Shown: positions 49,301 through 64,000 of the stretch, piece after piece | How the letters are laid out: each line of letters starts with the position of its first letter | Numbering within the stretch: the first letter of the stretch is position 1 | NCBI RefSeq assembly: GCF_018350175.1 | Contig: NC_058373.1 | Span: 74,462,001-74,526,000 of the forward strand | Length of the DNA stretch: 64,000 nt | DNA from: Felis catus | Taxonomy: Eukaryota | Direction: 5' to 3' | The notes under the pieces: model-generated | What the model saw: the letters and a program-made list of their open reading frames with translations, nothing else | Databases searched by the model: none | What the model was told of the DNA's origin: nothing | Position numbers and translations under genes: made by a program

Positions 49301-52300
49301 GAAGGATGGACAAGAGAAGGTGTTCCTGGAGGAGGTCACAATGAACACCAACCCTCCTGCAACCTGCAGCCAGAAGTCCCAGCCTCCCAACGAACTAGGA
49401 ACCCAGCACTTCCCCAGTCCCACTAGGTGTTCCCCAAAGTACTCCCCCAAGATCCTTCCCATCACATAGAGCTGGGGCTCCAACATCCCACCCTGCACTA
49501 ATCACCTTTGGGGACTGAACTCCCAGAACCAATGCCAGAATTAAGAGTTCTTTGTTTACTATCATAAAAGTGCTTTCATAGGCTTCAGTTTGAGACTTAA
49601 CACAACTTTCCAAGGTGGGCGGTAGCCACATTTTACAAAGGAGGAAAGAGAAGGGTAAGTGACCTGCCGAAAGTCATTCGGCTTGCAAAGGGGCCCGGCT
49701 GAATGATATAAACAACCCCTTTTCACACCACAGTCTGGCCCAGCCTCCCAGGCCCAGCGAACCTGGTGCTTCTTCTCGGTGTCCAGCCGCCGGCGCGAGT
49801 GCAGGGAGCTAAGTGCCTCGCGGAACGTGGCGCGCAGCGCGCGTTCCATCAGCGCCTTGTGATACGCTCCCGCCACGTTCCCGCACAGGAACAACACCGC
49901 GTTCGCTGCCAGCTGTGGGTGAGGGTCAGCCTCAGAGGATGCTGGCCATGGGTGGCGGTGGGGGTGATTAAGTGCATACCTGGAGTTGGTCTCCAAGATG
50001 CTTGAGGAGGACTCCACAGTTAGAGACCCAAGAATTTCCAGGCAATCTGTGCTACACTGTGGGGTCCTTAGGGGGCGCTTCTCCTCCCCCAATACCCCTG
50101 CTCTAGACTTGGCTGTGCACCAACATGGCCTCTTAGGTCTAGAAATCGTTCACTTATGTTTCCTCTGCCTGGAATACTACTCCAGTACTTACACCCCCCC
50201 CCCCCCCCCCGCCCCTCGCAGCGCAAAACCACTCAATCTCCGACTTTTACATTCTCTGTGAAGGTTCCATCATCCGCATCTGTCCCCACTACCCTGGTCC
50301 CCAGGTGAGCTCACTTGCCCATGGACCCAGGGGCCTCTTCTGGTTTCTGCAGGCATCGGGCTGCCCTGGTGTACCAGCCCCATGAGCGCACTGTCTGGGT
50401 GTGTATGTGTTTGTCCTCTGTGCTTAGCGGGCGCCTCACCCTGGAGTCCCAGCTCAGCAAGAAGTTGGTGGACGCTCAGAGGAACTAACGGCGCGCGCGC
50501 AGCGGGCCGCCCCCTCCCCCCCCCCCGCCCTCCTCCCCCCGCTGCGCAGCAGGTACTATGGGTGTGCTCACCTGTGGCAGCAGCGCCGGCTTTGAGTCCG
50601 GCTGAGGCCCAAGGTACAGCCCAAGGACCAGCAAGTGGGAGAGCGATGAGGCAAGGCCCGCAGCAGCGGCATCCCGCATGCCCAAGGGCAACATGGCGTA
50701 CACGGTGAAGATGACAAAGAGGAAAAAGGACACCTGGGGGCGGGAGGGCACAGGAAGCTGCTGGCTTGGGCCAGCCCAGCAACTGGGCTGCTCCCTCCTC
50801 TTGGCCTGGCTGTCCTGCTGCCCCTTGCTCCACCTGCCGCTCCTCTCACCTGGTCCCAGGCGCTCACCAGGCCCCCAGTGAACAGGAAGCCGTGGCCTAG
50901 CCCGAGTAGCGCTGCCCATACGAGGCCCGACAGGGGACGTGTCCAGCGCTGCAGTCGTTGCTCCCGGGAAGCCAGGCCCAGGAGCAGCGAGAAGCCACCC
51001 AGCGCACACAGCACAGTGGTCAGGAAGCCTGGGTCTGAAGCTAGCTCCTGCGAGGAGAGGGTGCTTGCAGCAAGACTGGAGTGTGGAGTATGGGGGAGCG
51101 CCTCCAAGCTGAAGAAGAACAGGCAGTCCCCCCAGGCCACTTCTGAAATGTGTCTCAAACTCAAGTAGCAAAAGGAGACAGGGCACCTCGACTTGCCATT
51201 CGTAGTAGGTTGAACCATAGGAAGTCACTAATAATCTGTTTTTAATCTACAGAGCCTGGGGTCTCATAGGGTTCAACCTAATATCTCACTTGCATGCTGC
51301 AGGGGTGGTTGAGCCTTAGGCCATCTATCCAGAGTCCCTGGCTCAGAACCCATACTGCCCATTTGTGAATCTATGACCTTTCTGAACTTCAGCTTTCTCG
51401 TCTGTCAAATAGGAATTCCAGCACCAGCCAGGGGTCCTGAAGCAACCAAAGAATCCTACCTTACAGAAGGCACTTAGGAATGAACCAGTTTGCTCAGGAG
51501 ATTCCCTGCCCTGGGGACAAGTCTGGGAGTTGATCCCCATCCACCCACCCAAGAAGTGCTCCAGCAGCAAGGGGCGCCTGGAACCTCCCTCCTGTCAGGC
51601 TAGGGGGGAGCACTACACTTTTGCCACCCACCTCTGGGTGTAGGCCTCCCACCACTGTCCCTGCCCTGTGTCCCCACCTCTTCCTGGACTTCGAGGACCA
51701 GCAAGAATTGGTCTGTTTATTGGCTTTCCCAACTTGCCTCCAAAAAGTGAAAAGAAAACTTGGAGCAGGATATTTCCAGAAATGGAATTGAAGACCCCCT
51801 TTCTCAAAAAAAAAAAAAAAAAAAAAAAAAAAGAAAGAAAGAAAAAGAAACTGGAAATGGGTTTATTTTGGGACTAAATGTGAGCGGGAGGGAGGGTGCC
51901 TTCTGGGAGACTATGGGTACAACTGCCCCACAACCCCTATGAAAGAAAGAAAACCAGGAAACGGATTCCCACAGGGCCCAGTGTAATTTCCCCTCTGGAA
52001 AATTGGAAAATCCGGTGTTGCATTTACTCTAGAACCAGTAGATCACAGAAGCTCAGAAGGCCTGTCAGTACCCTGAGAGAAATTAGAAGCACCCCCAGGG
52101 CTCAGCCTTCTCCCAGCAGCCCAGCGAATGTGGCCCCAGAGGTGGAGTGACTTGTCCAGGGTCACTACATTTCCTAGTAAGGCTTTCCTGGGTTCCAGCA
52201 AAAAAGGCATATGGAAAAGCAGGCCCCTCCCGAGCCCTAACTCCGAAAACGCCCCCTAGGCAGTGACCCTCCCACCACCCTCCAGAAGGCGCCCCTCACC

Positions 52301-52483
52301 AGAGCCGCCCCCCTCCCCGCTCACCCGGCCGCTGGCGGAGGCGACAGCCAGCAGCGCCAGGAGCGCGCAGAGCACGATCACCAGCAGCAGTAGCAGCAGC
52401 GGGTACTGCTGGCTCAGGCTGTAGTAGGTTTCGTAGAAGAGGTCTTCGCTGGGGGGCGGCCGGGGGCTGAAGAGGCGGGCCAT
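37358..52483 (-). CDS. ADCY4: Adenylate cyclase type 4 (1077 aa, 25 exons)
   Basis: Exons 52483-52325, 51047-50850, 50733-50572, 49912-49763, 49325-49177, 49099-48988, 48294-48167, 48013-47855, 47596-47464, 47261-47088, 44349-44306, 44187-44101, 43899-43830, 43466-43369, 42697-42613, 42516-42379, 41563-41453, 41194-41010, 40814-40730, 40257-40099, 38790-38644, 38349-38242, 38148-38034, 37721-37597, 37510-37358; total 3234 nt. Motifs [29 protein letters not shown]; AATAAA (-) 37328-37333. Confidence 0.97.
41931..42136 (+). mobile_element. Can-SINE in ADCY4 intron 16
   Basis: SINE head and tail; TSD tctgaaaactca at ~41918 and ~42137. Confidence 0.88.
44566..44719 (+). mobile_element. Can-SINE truncated by assembly gap
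   Basis: SINE head ggggtgcctgggtggctcag running into Ns. Confidence 0.85.
44720..44848. other. Assembly gap (N run)
   Basis: Direct read; intronic (ADCY4 intron 10). Confidence 1.
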
Positions 52484-53963
52484 GGTCTTCCCTGCCCCCC
52501 GCCTCGTCGCCCGGGTGGAGGGCGAGCCCCGGGGCTGGGGAGGGCCAGGGGCCGCGTTACCGCCTGCGGCCCCAGCCGGCCCCAACTGTGCCCCTCTCAC
52601 TGGGTCCAAGCCACTTCCATCCCGTTTCCCCAACCTCGCGGCAATCCCACCTTCCAGGCACTCCCTGTGGCCTCTCAGCCTTTTCCCAGTTGGCGGTGAG
52701 GGGACTGCCCCATCCCTCGCTCCCCCTCCCTCGAACCCAGACTGCCTGAGGTGCCCTAGCAAAAGCCTCATGGCCGGGTGGGACGGGATTTGCGGTTGAA
52801 GCAAAGGAGCCTCGGGTTCCCCCTTTCCCCAAACTCACTGCCCGCGATGCTGCCGCAGCTGAATGGGTTACGCCCGAGGAGAGAGCTCGGGCAGCTGGTC
52901 GCGGAGTCCCGATCCCTGAGAAGCTAGTGGCTCAGAGCCCCGGGCGGCAGGCGCTTCCCTCCCGGCGCCTGGGGACCCCTCCCACTTCCCCCGATGCGAC
53001 TGCCCGGCCCCTTCCCGTGCCGAGTCGAGTCGGACTCCTCAGGCCTCCTCCCTCCCTCATTGTCTCCCCTAACACTGTCACCTTCCCCCTTCTGCCGTCT
53101 CAAGAAGGGAATGCAGACCGTGGGAGATGCGATGGGGTGGCGTAGGCCGGGCTGAAGAGCAAGTGTGGAAATCGGAGCGGAACCCTTGGACGTGGGGAGA
53201 ATGCAGGACAGCTGGAGTGAAAGCTGGCAAGAATGTAAGGAAGAATGTGGGGGCGAATGGGGGGTAGGATTCAGGTCAGGATGGAAGGGTGTTCCCATTC
53301 TCCTCTCCTCCTGCCTGTATGAGCTGCTGTGGTGGAGTCTGAACTGTCCATGCTCCCATGGAGTCCAGCTCCATGGGAGGAGGCACGTCTGTGTGTAGCT
53401 TTGTGGAGTCATGGCTTTCTACTCCTGACACCAGCTGGGAGTCAAAGGGCTCGGAAGCAAGGAGCAGGTGAGTGTAGGTGGTGAGTAATTGTGTTGGAGG
53501 CAAATAAGTACGGTGGCTGACCTCCAAGAGTCTGGGGGGTTTCTTGCAGGGCAAGAGATGTGCCTGGGTCTGCGGATGCCCGTAGAGAGCCCTCTTCCCA
53601 AGACCCCAGTGCGGAGTCTCCATAGCCCAGAAGAAAAGTAGGCAGGGAGACTATCACCAGAATTTTGGTTTAGGGTGGGCTCTTGCCTGATGTAGAGGAA
53701 GTGCTCCACCCAGAGATTAGAGCAGCCCCAGGAGCCAGGCTACCGGGATTCCTTCCTGCCGCCAGCTGGGCCCTGACCTTGTGTGCCATGACACTGCCCA
53801 CCCCCAGCCCTGAGCATCCCGCTTCCGGCCTCTGCTAGACAGCAGTGCCTTGGGTTCCCTCTCTGTCAACTCCCAGATCTCCCAGCCACATTTCAGCTGC
53901 CAGGGCGTGGCCTAAGCATTAGCCTCCCAAGTATGACGCTTTGGTTAAAAATCCACCATGTGT

Positions 53964-54153
53964 GGGGGTGCCTGGCTGGTTCAGTTGGTTAAGCTTCTGA
54001 TTCTTGATTGCTGCTCAGGTCATGACCTTGTGAGATGGAGCCCCCCCTCAGCGCGGACAGCACAGAGCCTGCTTGGGATTCTCTCTCTCCTTCTGTCTCT
54101 GCCCCTCCCCTCCTCACGTGTTCTCTCTCTTAAAATAAATAAACTTAAAAAAA
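53964..54153 (+). mobile_element. Can-SINE immediately 3' of the RIPK3 poly(A) signal
   Basis: SINE body and tail; TSD aaaat(c/t)cacca at ~53948-53958 and ~54151-54161. Confidence 0.85.
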
Positions 54154-54329
54154 ATTCACCACGTTTATTGACTCCTCTTTGCACAAAGTCAGTTTGGCTG
54201 CAGGCCAGATGGCCCTTAAAGAAAGTCTCAGTTAATTGCTTCAAGTCCAAAAGGTAGCTCAGAACCTGCTTTGTACTGGCCCTGCAGCCCACTCCAGGCT
54301 TCTTGGTTCTTGTGGCCCTTCTTCCCCAC

Positions 54330-58030
<3,701 letters not shown>

Positions 58031-58139
58031 CAGGCTGGAAGGTGGGAGTCCACACGGATGGAGTGACTTCTGGGAGCGGGGGGGGGGGGGGGTTGGGGTT
58101 GTGGCAGAGAGAGACAGGGGGTCGCGAGAGGGGTCACTG

Positions 58140-58290
58140 CAAGGATTCCACTTCCGGGTTTGCTCCTCCTCTACCCGGAGTGACTAAACCACTTCCTTCA
58201 TTCGCTGGTACATCTAGGGTCCCGCCCCAGGGGCGCGTGTCTAGGGTGCCGCCCCAAGGAGGCAGGGAGGCAAAACCGAAAGTTAGTCTT
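58140..58290. promoter_or_regulatory. RIPK3 proximal promoter
   Basis: ETS cacttccgg ~58149, two tandem tctagggt(c/g)ccgcccc GC-box units 58213-58256, IRF-like AAAACCGAAAGT 58272-58283. Confidence 0.6.
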
Positions 58291-59450
58291 TTTCCTTCCT
58301 AACTCATATTTCCTGAGCACCTGCGGCGTGTCACAGCCAGGTTAGGTGTCACTGAGACCTTAGGGTGCCACACAAGTAATCCTCATCTTTCAGGGACCCA
58401 CAATCCACTCCTGCAGCCTGTGTCTCTCCCTTCTCCCAAAGGATTTCCGTCTCCACCACCTACCAGGCCTGCTGTGGGGAGGGGATGAGGCTGAGGAGGA
58501 TTTTATGGTCCAAGCATTTAGCCCTCCCCCAAATGCCCTACGATCACCGCTAACAATTCTGTAAAGCTCGAATGTGCCAGGTACATGTATTAGCTTATTT
58601 AATTCTCACATCCACCCTAGGGGGATTGGTACTACTTTTATTACTTCTTTGTGGATGAGGAAACAGGCACAGGTAGCTTAAATACCTTGCCCAAGCCAGT
58701 ATGGAGCTGACTTCAGGCCTAGCTCAGAACCATCAGGTTTGACGGACTGACTGAACCATCAGTCTGTACCTCTTAACTGGTTGTGAATGTGGCTAAAGAA
58801 GGTGTGAAGCATCTAATAGCGTAGTGAAGGGTCCCTGTCTGTATTTCTGCCCAGTCCCTGACAGCTGCTCTTGCTGAGGCAAGCCCTTGGCATTGGTAGT
58901 GATTTGACTCTCAGGGCGTGGTGGTCAGCTAGATGAATTGACCCAGCCAAGGGCAACTGACATTGTGGTGGACATTGGAGGGGAAACACATCCTTGCCCT
59001 CTCCCCACCACACCAATACCTCCACACAAATTCCCTGGTTAACACATGTGCCCAGCAAGCATGTATTCTGGACGAGGGCCTTTGGAAATGCAGGAATTTG
59101 GGGAGCCTTAAGGATTTAGGGTAGACAAAAGGTGTCTATGAAGACATACCCACTCCTTACTCTCCACTCTTGAGCTGGATACCGAAGGCCTCACCGTGGC
59201 TGGAGGCTGTGGAAACTATATGTGGCCAGTCCTAGCACTCAGTCCTTTATGGGGAGACCTGACTCTCACTGGAAGGTGCTCACCTTGGTATGCACTTTCC
59301 ATTCTGTCCAGTGGTCCATGCACTCTGCTGGATGGAGCAAACATGGCCAGCAGTTAACTGTGATTTTTAGATCCATACCATGAATTCTGGTAGAGTCAGT
59401 TTGTGCTTTTTTTTGAGCTATTTAGGGAATTCTAGGACTGTAGTCTCTTT

Positions 59451-59801
59451 ATTTTTTTTTCAAGTTTATTCATTTTGAGAGACAGAGAGAGAGAGAGAGA
59501 GAGAGTGTGTGTGTCTGTGTGTGTGCTCTGATGTGGTGCACACATGCAAGTGGGGGAGGAGCAGAGAGAGAGGGAGAGAGAGAATCCCAAACAGGCTCCA
59601 TGCTGTCAGTGCAGAGCCCAATAAGAGGCTTGAACTCATGAACCGTGAGATCATGACCTGAGCTGAAATCAAGAGTTAGATGCTTGGGGTGCCTGGGTGG
59701 CTCAGTTGACTTCGGCTCAGGTCATGATCTCATGGTTCATGAGTTCAAGCCCTGCATCGGGCTCTGTGCTGACAGCTCAGAGCCTGGAGCCTGCTTCAGA
59801 T

Positions 59802-59834
<33 letters not shown>

Positions 59835-59941
59835 TTCTGCGCCGTTCCCCCACTCACCCTCCATCTCTCAAAAATAAATAAACATTAGAAAAAAAAAAAA
59901 AAGAGTCAGATGCTTAAAAGACAGAGCCACCCAGGTGCCCC
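59451..59941. mobile_element. Nested Can-SINEs (+ copy 59686-59900 inside a - copy)
   Basis: Inner TSD aagagtyagatgctt (59671, 59901); outer TSD tgtagtctcttt (59439, 59942). Confidence 0.9.
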
Positions 59942-61352
59942 TGTAGTCTCTTTAAAAAACCAGTACATGGTAGGCACCCAGTAAATATTTGTTGAATTGA
60001 ATTAAGTGAACAACGAAGACTTTTGGGGATTCCTTACAACTTTGATCACTCCTGCTGGAGCTCCAAATTCATTGGGAGGAAAAAAGGAGGTTGCACTTTG
60101 TTAAGGTTTGGGGGCTCCCACCTGCACCTTCATGGCTGACAGAACCCACATGAAATCGACTTTATTGTTGAGACAGGATGGCATTTCACAGAATATAAAG
60201 GCAAGTGCAGCAGGTCCTCAAAAAAGTCTAGTCAGGAGTCAAGAGCCACCAGAGAGGGCAGCCATCTTGTTCATGAGTCTTTTGGGAGAAGACCCCAGGC
60301 TCCCCTTGAGGGGAAGCAGGCAGAAAGGCATTAGAAGGGTGCTTAAAGACCTTTTTATGGCCGAATATGTTTAGATTGGGCTAAGGCCCTGAGACTCGGG
60401 GGGTAAGCCACTATAAAGTGTGGATTTGGGGATAGTGTCATAGCCTGTACTACTTTTTGACTCAAAACAAACCAAACCCCTTTAAAAGAAGGAGGAGCAG
60501 GGAGAGGAGCCTGGAGTGAGTGCCTGAGAAGACCCTCTGCTTCTAGGTGGGGGGGCCTGGCAAAACAGAGCTGATCCCTAGATTTTGGAGCTGTGGCCTT
60601 TCCTGAGGCCTAGTGCTGCTGACCCCTAACAGAGCCTCTGCCCCTGTCCCAGGCTTTTGGAGAATTTGGGTGTTTCTCATCTCTTCAGTTTTTGCTCCTG
60701 ATGGTCTTTGGTCACCTTCAGCACATTCCTAGTACCTGCTCTGGTTCCCTATCCTTAGTTGTGGGGGTGGGAGGGCAGAGGGTGTGGTTTCTCTTCTTAC
60801 ATATTCTAGCCAGAACTAATTCTGATCTGTTGTTTGATGAAGAGATTCCAGTTATAGATCAAATGGTATTAATTGAGGGGATGGTAAAAAGGATTATGGA
60901 GAATTTTCATTTTCCTTAGTGTTTGAACAGTTTATGTTAGCGTATATTACTTTTATAAACAGTTAAAGAAGGAAGAAGATCATGTGTATGCAATAACTCA
61001 GCTGTAAGGATATTCACTGAAGTGTTGTCTGACATAGTGATGAAAACAGAACCCTAAATATCCCATAACATGAAAAGGTTATACATAAATAAATATATAT
61101 TACAAAGATTATAAATAAATTATGCAGTGGATGACTATGTAGCCATTAAAATGGTGCTCTAGACCCATATTTATTATCATGGCAGGTGTCTATCATATAT
61201 CAAGTGGGGAAAAAAGCAGCTTATAAGGCAATAGGTACCATACAATCACATTTTTGTTTGATTGTTTCGGAAATTCTATCTACTCCAGTAGTGTGACAGA
61301 GTTCCCATAACAGGATAGCTAAATGCTATGTAAAGCATAACGAACACATTTT

Positions 61353-61379
61353 TTTCTTTTAAAATGTTTATTTATTTTT

Positions 61380-61424
<45 letters not shown>

Positions 61425-61596
61425 GCAGAGCATGAGCGTGGGTGGGACAGAGACAGAGGGAGACATAGAATCTAAAGCAGGCTCCAGGCTCCGAGATGTC
61501 AGCACAGAGTCTGATGCTCTGGGAACTCACGGACCTTGAGATCATGACCTGGGCTGAAGTCAGACCCTTAACCCACTGAGCCACCCAGGCGCCCCA
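61353..61596 (-). mobile_element. Can-SINE
   Basis: TSD ataacgaacacatttt at 61337 and 61597. Confidence 0.9.
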
Positions 61597-62196
61597 TAAC
61601 GAACACATTTTAAAAATTCCTTAGTGAGCTCCCAAGAAAAGAAAGGTAACCTCCCAATGGCTTCCCCTGAGACTAATAAAATAAAACAATACAAATCAAA
61701 AAGTAAACAGTAAGTAAACAGAGAGTCAACTAACTTGAAGCCTAGAGTTTTGGGGAGTGGGAAGGGGGTATGGAAGGTTGGGAGAGAACCACAGAGTGAG
61801 CCCTAAGGCCTAGGAAGATGAAAGCTAAAATGTGAGACACCCCTATTCCCCACAAAGCTAGGACCCTCAACTAGGCTACATTATCAGTGGAAAGGAAAAA
61901 ATATTATCTGCTTACAGAGGGATCTTACAGGGAAAATTGTCTAGGCTGCAGATGTTAAAATTAATAAAAATGTTAGTTTCCATGTGAGATCTGCTCTAAC
62001 AAGGATCTATGGTTGGAATTTTTACTTTCCCTTTGATCAATAAACCATAAGCTGAAAATTTTAACTGCCCCCAGATTATTAATGCCCTCTGGAATCCAAC
62101 AGAAGGAAACTGAATCCTTCTTAGAGGAAAGCATCATCCACCCAAGCTTCTAGATTAAATTCTGCCAAATATAGACTTACACAAAAATAATTTTAA

Positions 62197-62610
62197 TTTA
62201 TTTTTTTTAATTTTTATTTATTTTTGAGAAAGAGAGAGAGCACGAGCAGGGGAGGGGCAGAGAGAGAGGGAGACACAGAATCCGAAGCAGGCTCCAGGCT
62301 CTGAGCTGGCAGCACAGAGCCCAAAGTGGGGCTCCAGCCCACAAACTGTGAGATTATGACCTAAGCCGAAGTCAGATGCCTAACCGACTAAGCTACCCAG
62401 GCACCCCTATTTTATTTTTTAGTGTTTATTTATTTTTGACAGAGAGACAGAGTGTGGGCAGAAGAGCGAGACACAGAATCTGAAGCAGGCTGCAGGCTCT
62501 GAGCTGTCAGCACAGAGCCTGACGCAGGGCTCGAACTCATGGACCTCAAAATCATGACCTGAGCAAAGTTGAAGTCGCATGCTCAACCAACTGAGCCACC
62601 CAGGCACCCC
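62197..62610 (-). mobile_element. Two tandem/nested Can-SINEs
   Basis: Heads at ~62407 and ~62610; flanking acaaaa(t/a)(a/g)attttaa-like TSD at 62181 and 62611. Confidence 0.85.
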
Positions 62611-63084
62611 ACAAAAAGAATTTTAAATATGTAAGGATTCAAAGCACCATGAGAGAGAATCAGCAAGAACAAAAATCAACAGGTTTGTTGATTTTTTTTT
62701 AAGGACTTCAGAGTTTGGAATAATCATATGAAGGATCTAAAGGTGCTTCTGTGAACTGTTTAAAGAAATAAAAGATGGAATAGAAAAAATTAAGCAAGGA
62801 ATAAGTGATTATAAAAAATGCCCAGATAGATTTAGAAAAAAAAAAAAAAAGAATATCAAGAGAGAAAAAAAGTATGTAACGTTTAAGTTGAAATTGCAAC
62901 ACTTGGTTAAATAGAAAACACAGCTGAGGGGCCCCTGGGTGTCTCAGTCCATCGAGCATCTGACTCTCGATGTGGGTTCAGGTCATGATCTCATAGTTTG
63001 ATTGAGTGTAAGATCCAGCCCTGCATCGGGCTCTGTGCTGACAGCATGGAGCCTGCTTGGGATTCTCTGTAGGGTGGGGAGGGA

Positions 63085-63218
63085 NNNNNNNNNNNNNNNN
63101 NNNNNNNNNNNNNNNNNNNNNNNNNNNNNNNNNNNNNNNNNNNNNNNNNNNNNNNNNNNNNNNNNNNNNNNNNNNNNNNNNNNNNNNNNNNNNNNNNNNN
63201 NNNNNNNNNNNNNNNNNN
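63085..63218. other. Assembly gap (N run)
   Basis: Direct read; follows a partial SINE at ~62929-63070. Confidence 1.
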
Positions 63219-63395
63219 GCAGATTTTATGTCATGTGTGTTTTACCACAACAAAGACCTGCTAAGATTATGATTCCATGTTTTAGATAGAGAGATGTGAA
63301 GGTTTATGTTAATAAACATTTAGTTATTTGATTTGAACATTAAATTTTACTGGGGAAAAAGAAAAATAAATATTTATATATAATATATATTTAGA

Positions 63396-63810
63396 GGGGC
63401 TCCTGGGTGGCTCAGTTTGTTAAGCATCTGACTTCAGCTCAGGTCATGATCTCACAGTTTGAGAGTTCAAGCCCCTAGAGTTCAAGTCCACTTCTTATCT
63501 TCTGTCCCCCTTTCTCCCTGCCCTTCCCCTTCTTGCGCTCTCCCTCTCTCTCTCAAAAATAAATAAACACTAAAAAATATTTAATGTAGGGGTGCCTGGG
63601 TGTCTCAGTGGGCTAGGCATCTGACTTCTGCTCAGGTCATGACCTCACAGTCGTGGGTTCGAGCCCCGTATTGGGCTCTGTGTTAACAGTTCAGAGCTTG
63701 GAGCCTGCTTCAGATTCTGTGTCTCCCTCTCTCTCTGGCTCTCCCCTGGTCACACTCTGTCTCTCTCTTTTTCTCTCAGAAGTGGATAAAAATTTTTAAA
63801 AATTAAAAAA
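63396..63810 (+). mobile_element. Two tandem Can-SINEs
   Basis: Heads at ~63396 and ~63589; TSD aaaaatatttaatgta around the second copy. Confidence 0.85.
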
Positions 63811-64000
63811 ATATTTAATGTATATTTTAAAAAATATAATATGTATACATTTTATATATTATAATATATAATACATATTTAGAAAAATACCTAAATGGAC
63901 AAATAAAAAACTAATTTAAGTTATGGCTGGTAAGTTTACAGGTGATTTTTATTTTCTTATGTCTTAATATTTGTATTTTTGGGGGGCACCCGGGTGGCTG

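Overview
Mammalian genomic DNA, almost certainly a carnivoran and probably a felid (dense Can-SINE/SINEC_Fc-type tRNA-derived SINEs, a carnivore-type L1 3' end). It is syntenic with human 14q12: DHRS1(-), NOP9(+), CIDEB(-), LTB4R2(+), LTB4R(+), ADCY4(-), RIPK3(-), with a CpG promoter at the left edge (by synteny RABGGTA). I reconstructed all exons by hand. DHRS1 (313 aa), NOP9 (635 aa), CIDEB (221 aa) and ADCY4 (1077 aa) are intact. The three inflammatory genes each carry a lesion. RIPK3 keeps an open 490-aa frame and an intact RHIM, but has HRD->HRN at the catalytic base and a degenerate activation segment, so it looks like a natural pseudokinase. LTB4R2 has a 1-bp frameshift in TM1. LTB4R has lost its ancestral start codon and N-terminal frame. 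The supposedly intergenic 4-12 kb region contains a chain of phase-compatible, decayed minus-strand exons whose spliced translation follows TKL/RIPK-type kinase subdomain spacing: a candidate unannotated kinase pseudogene. Two N-gaps suggest a draft assembly, so single-base lesions need read-level confirmation. Comparisons with human and mouse sequences are from memory, not from an alignment.
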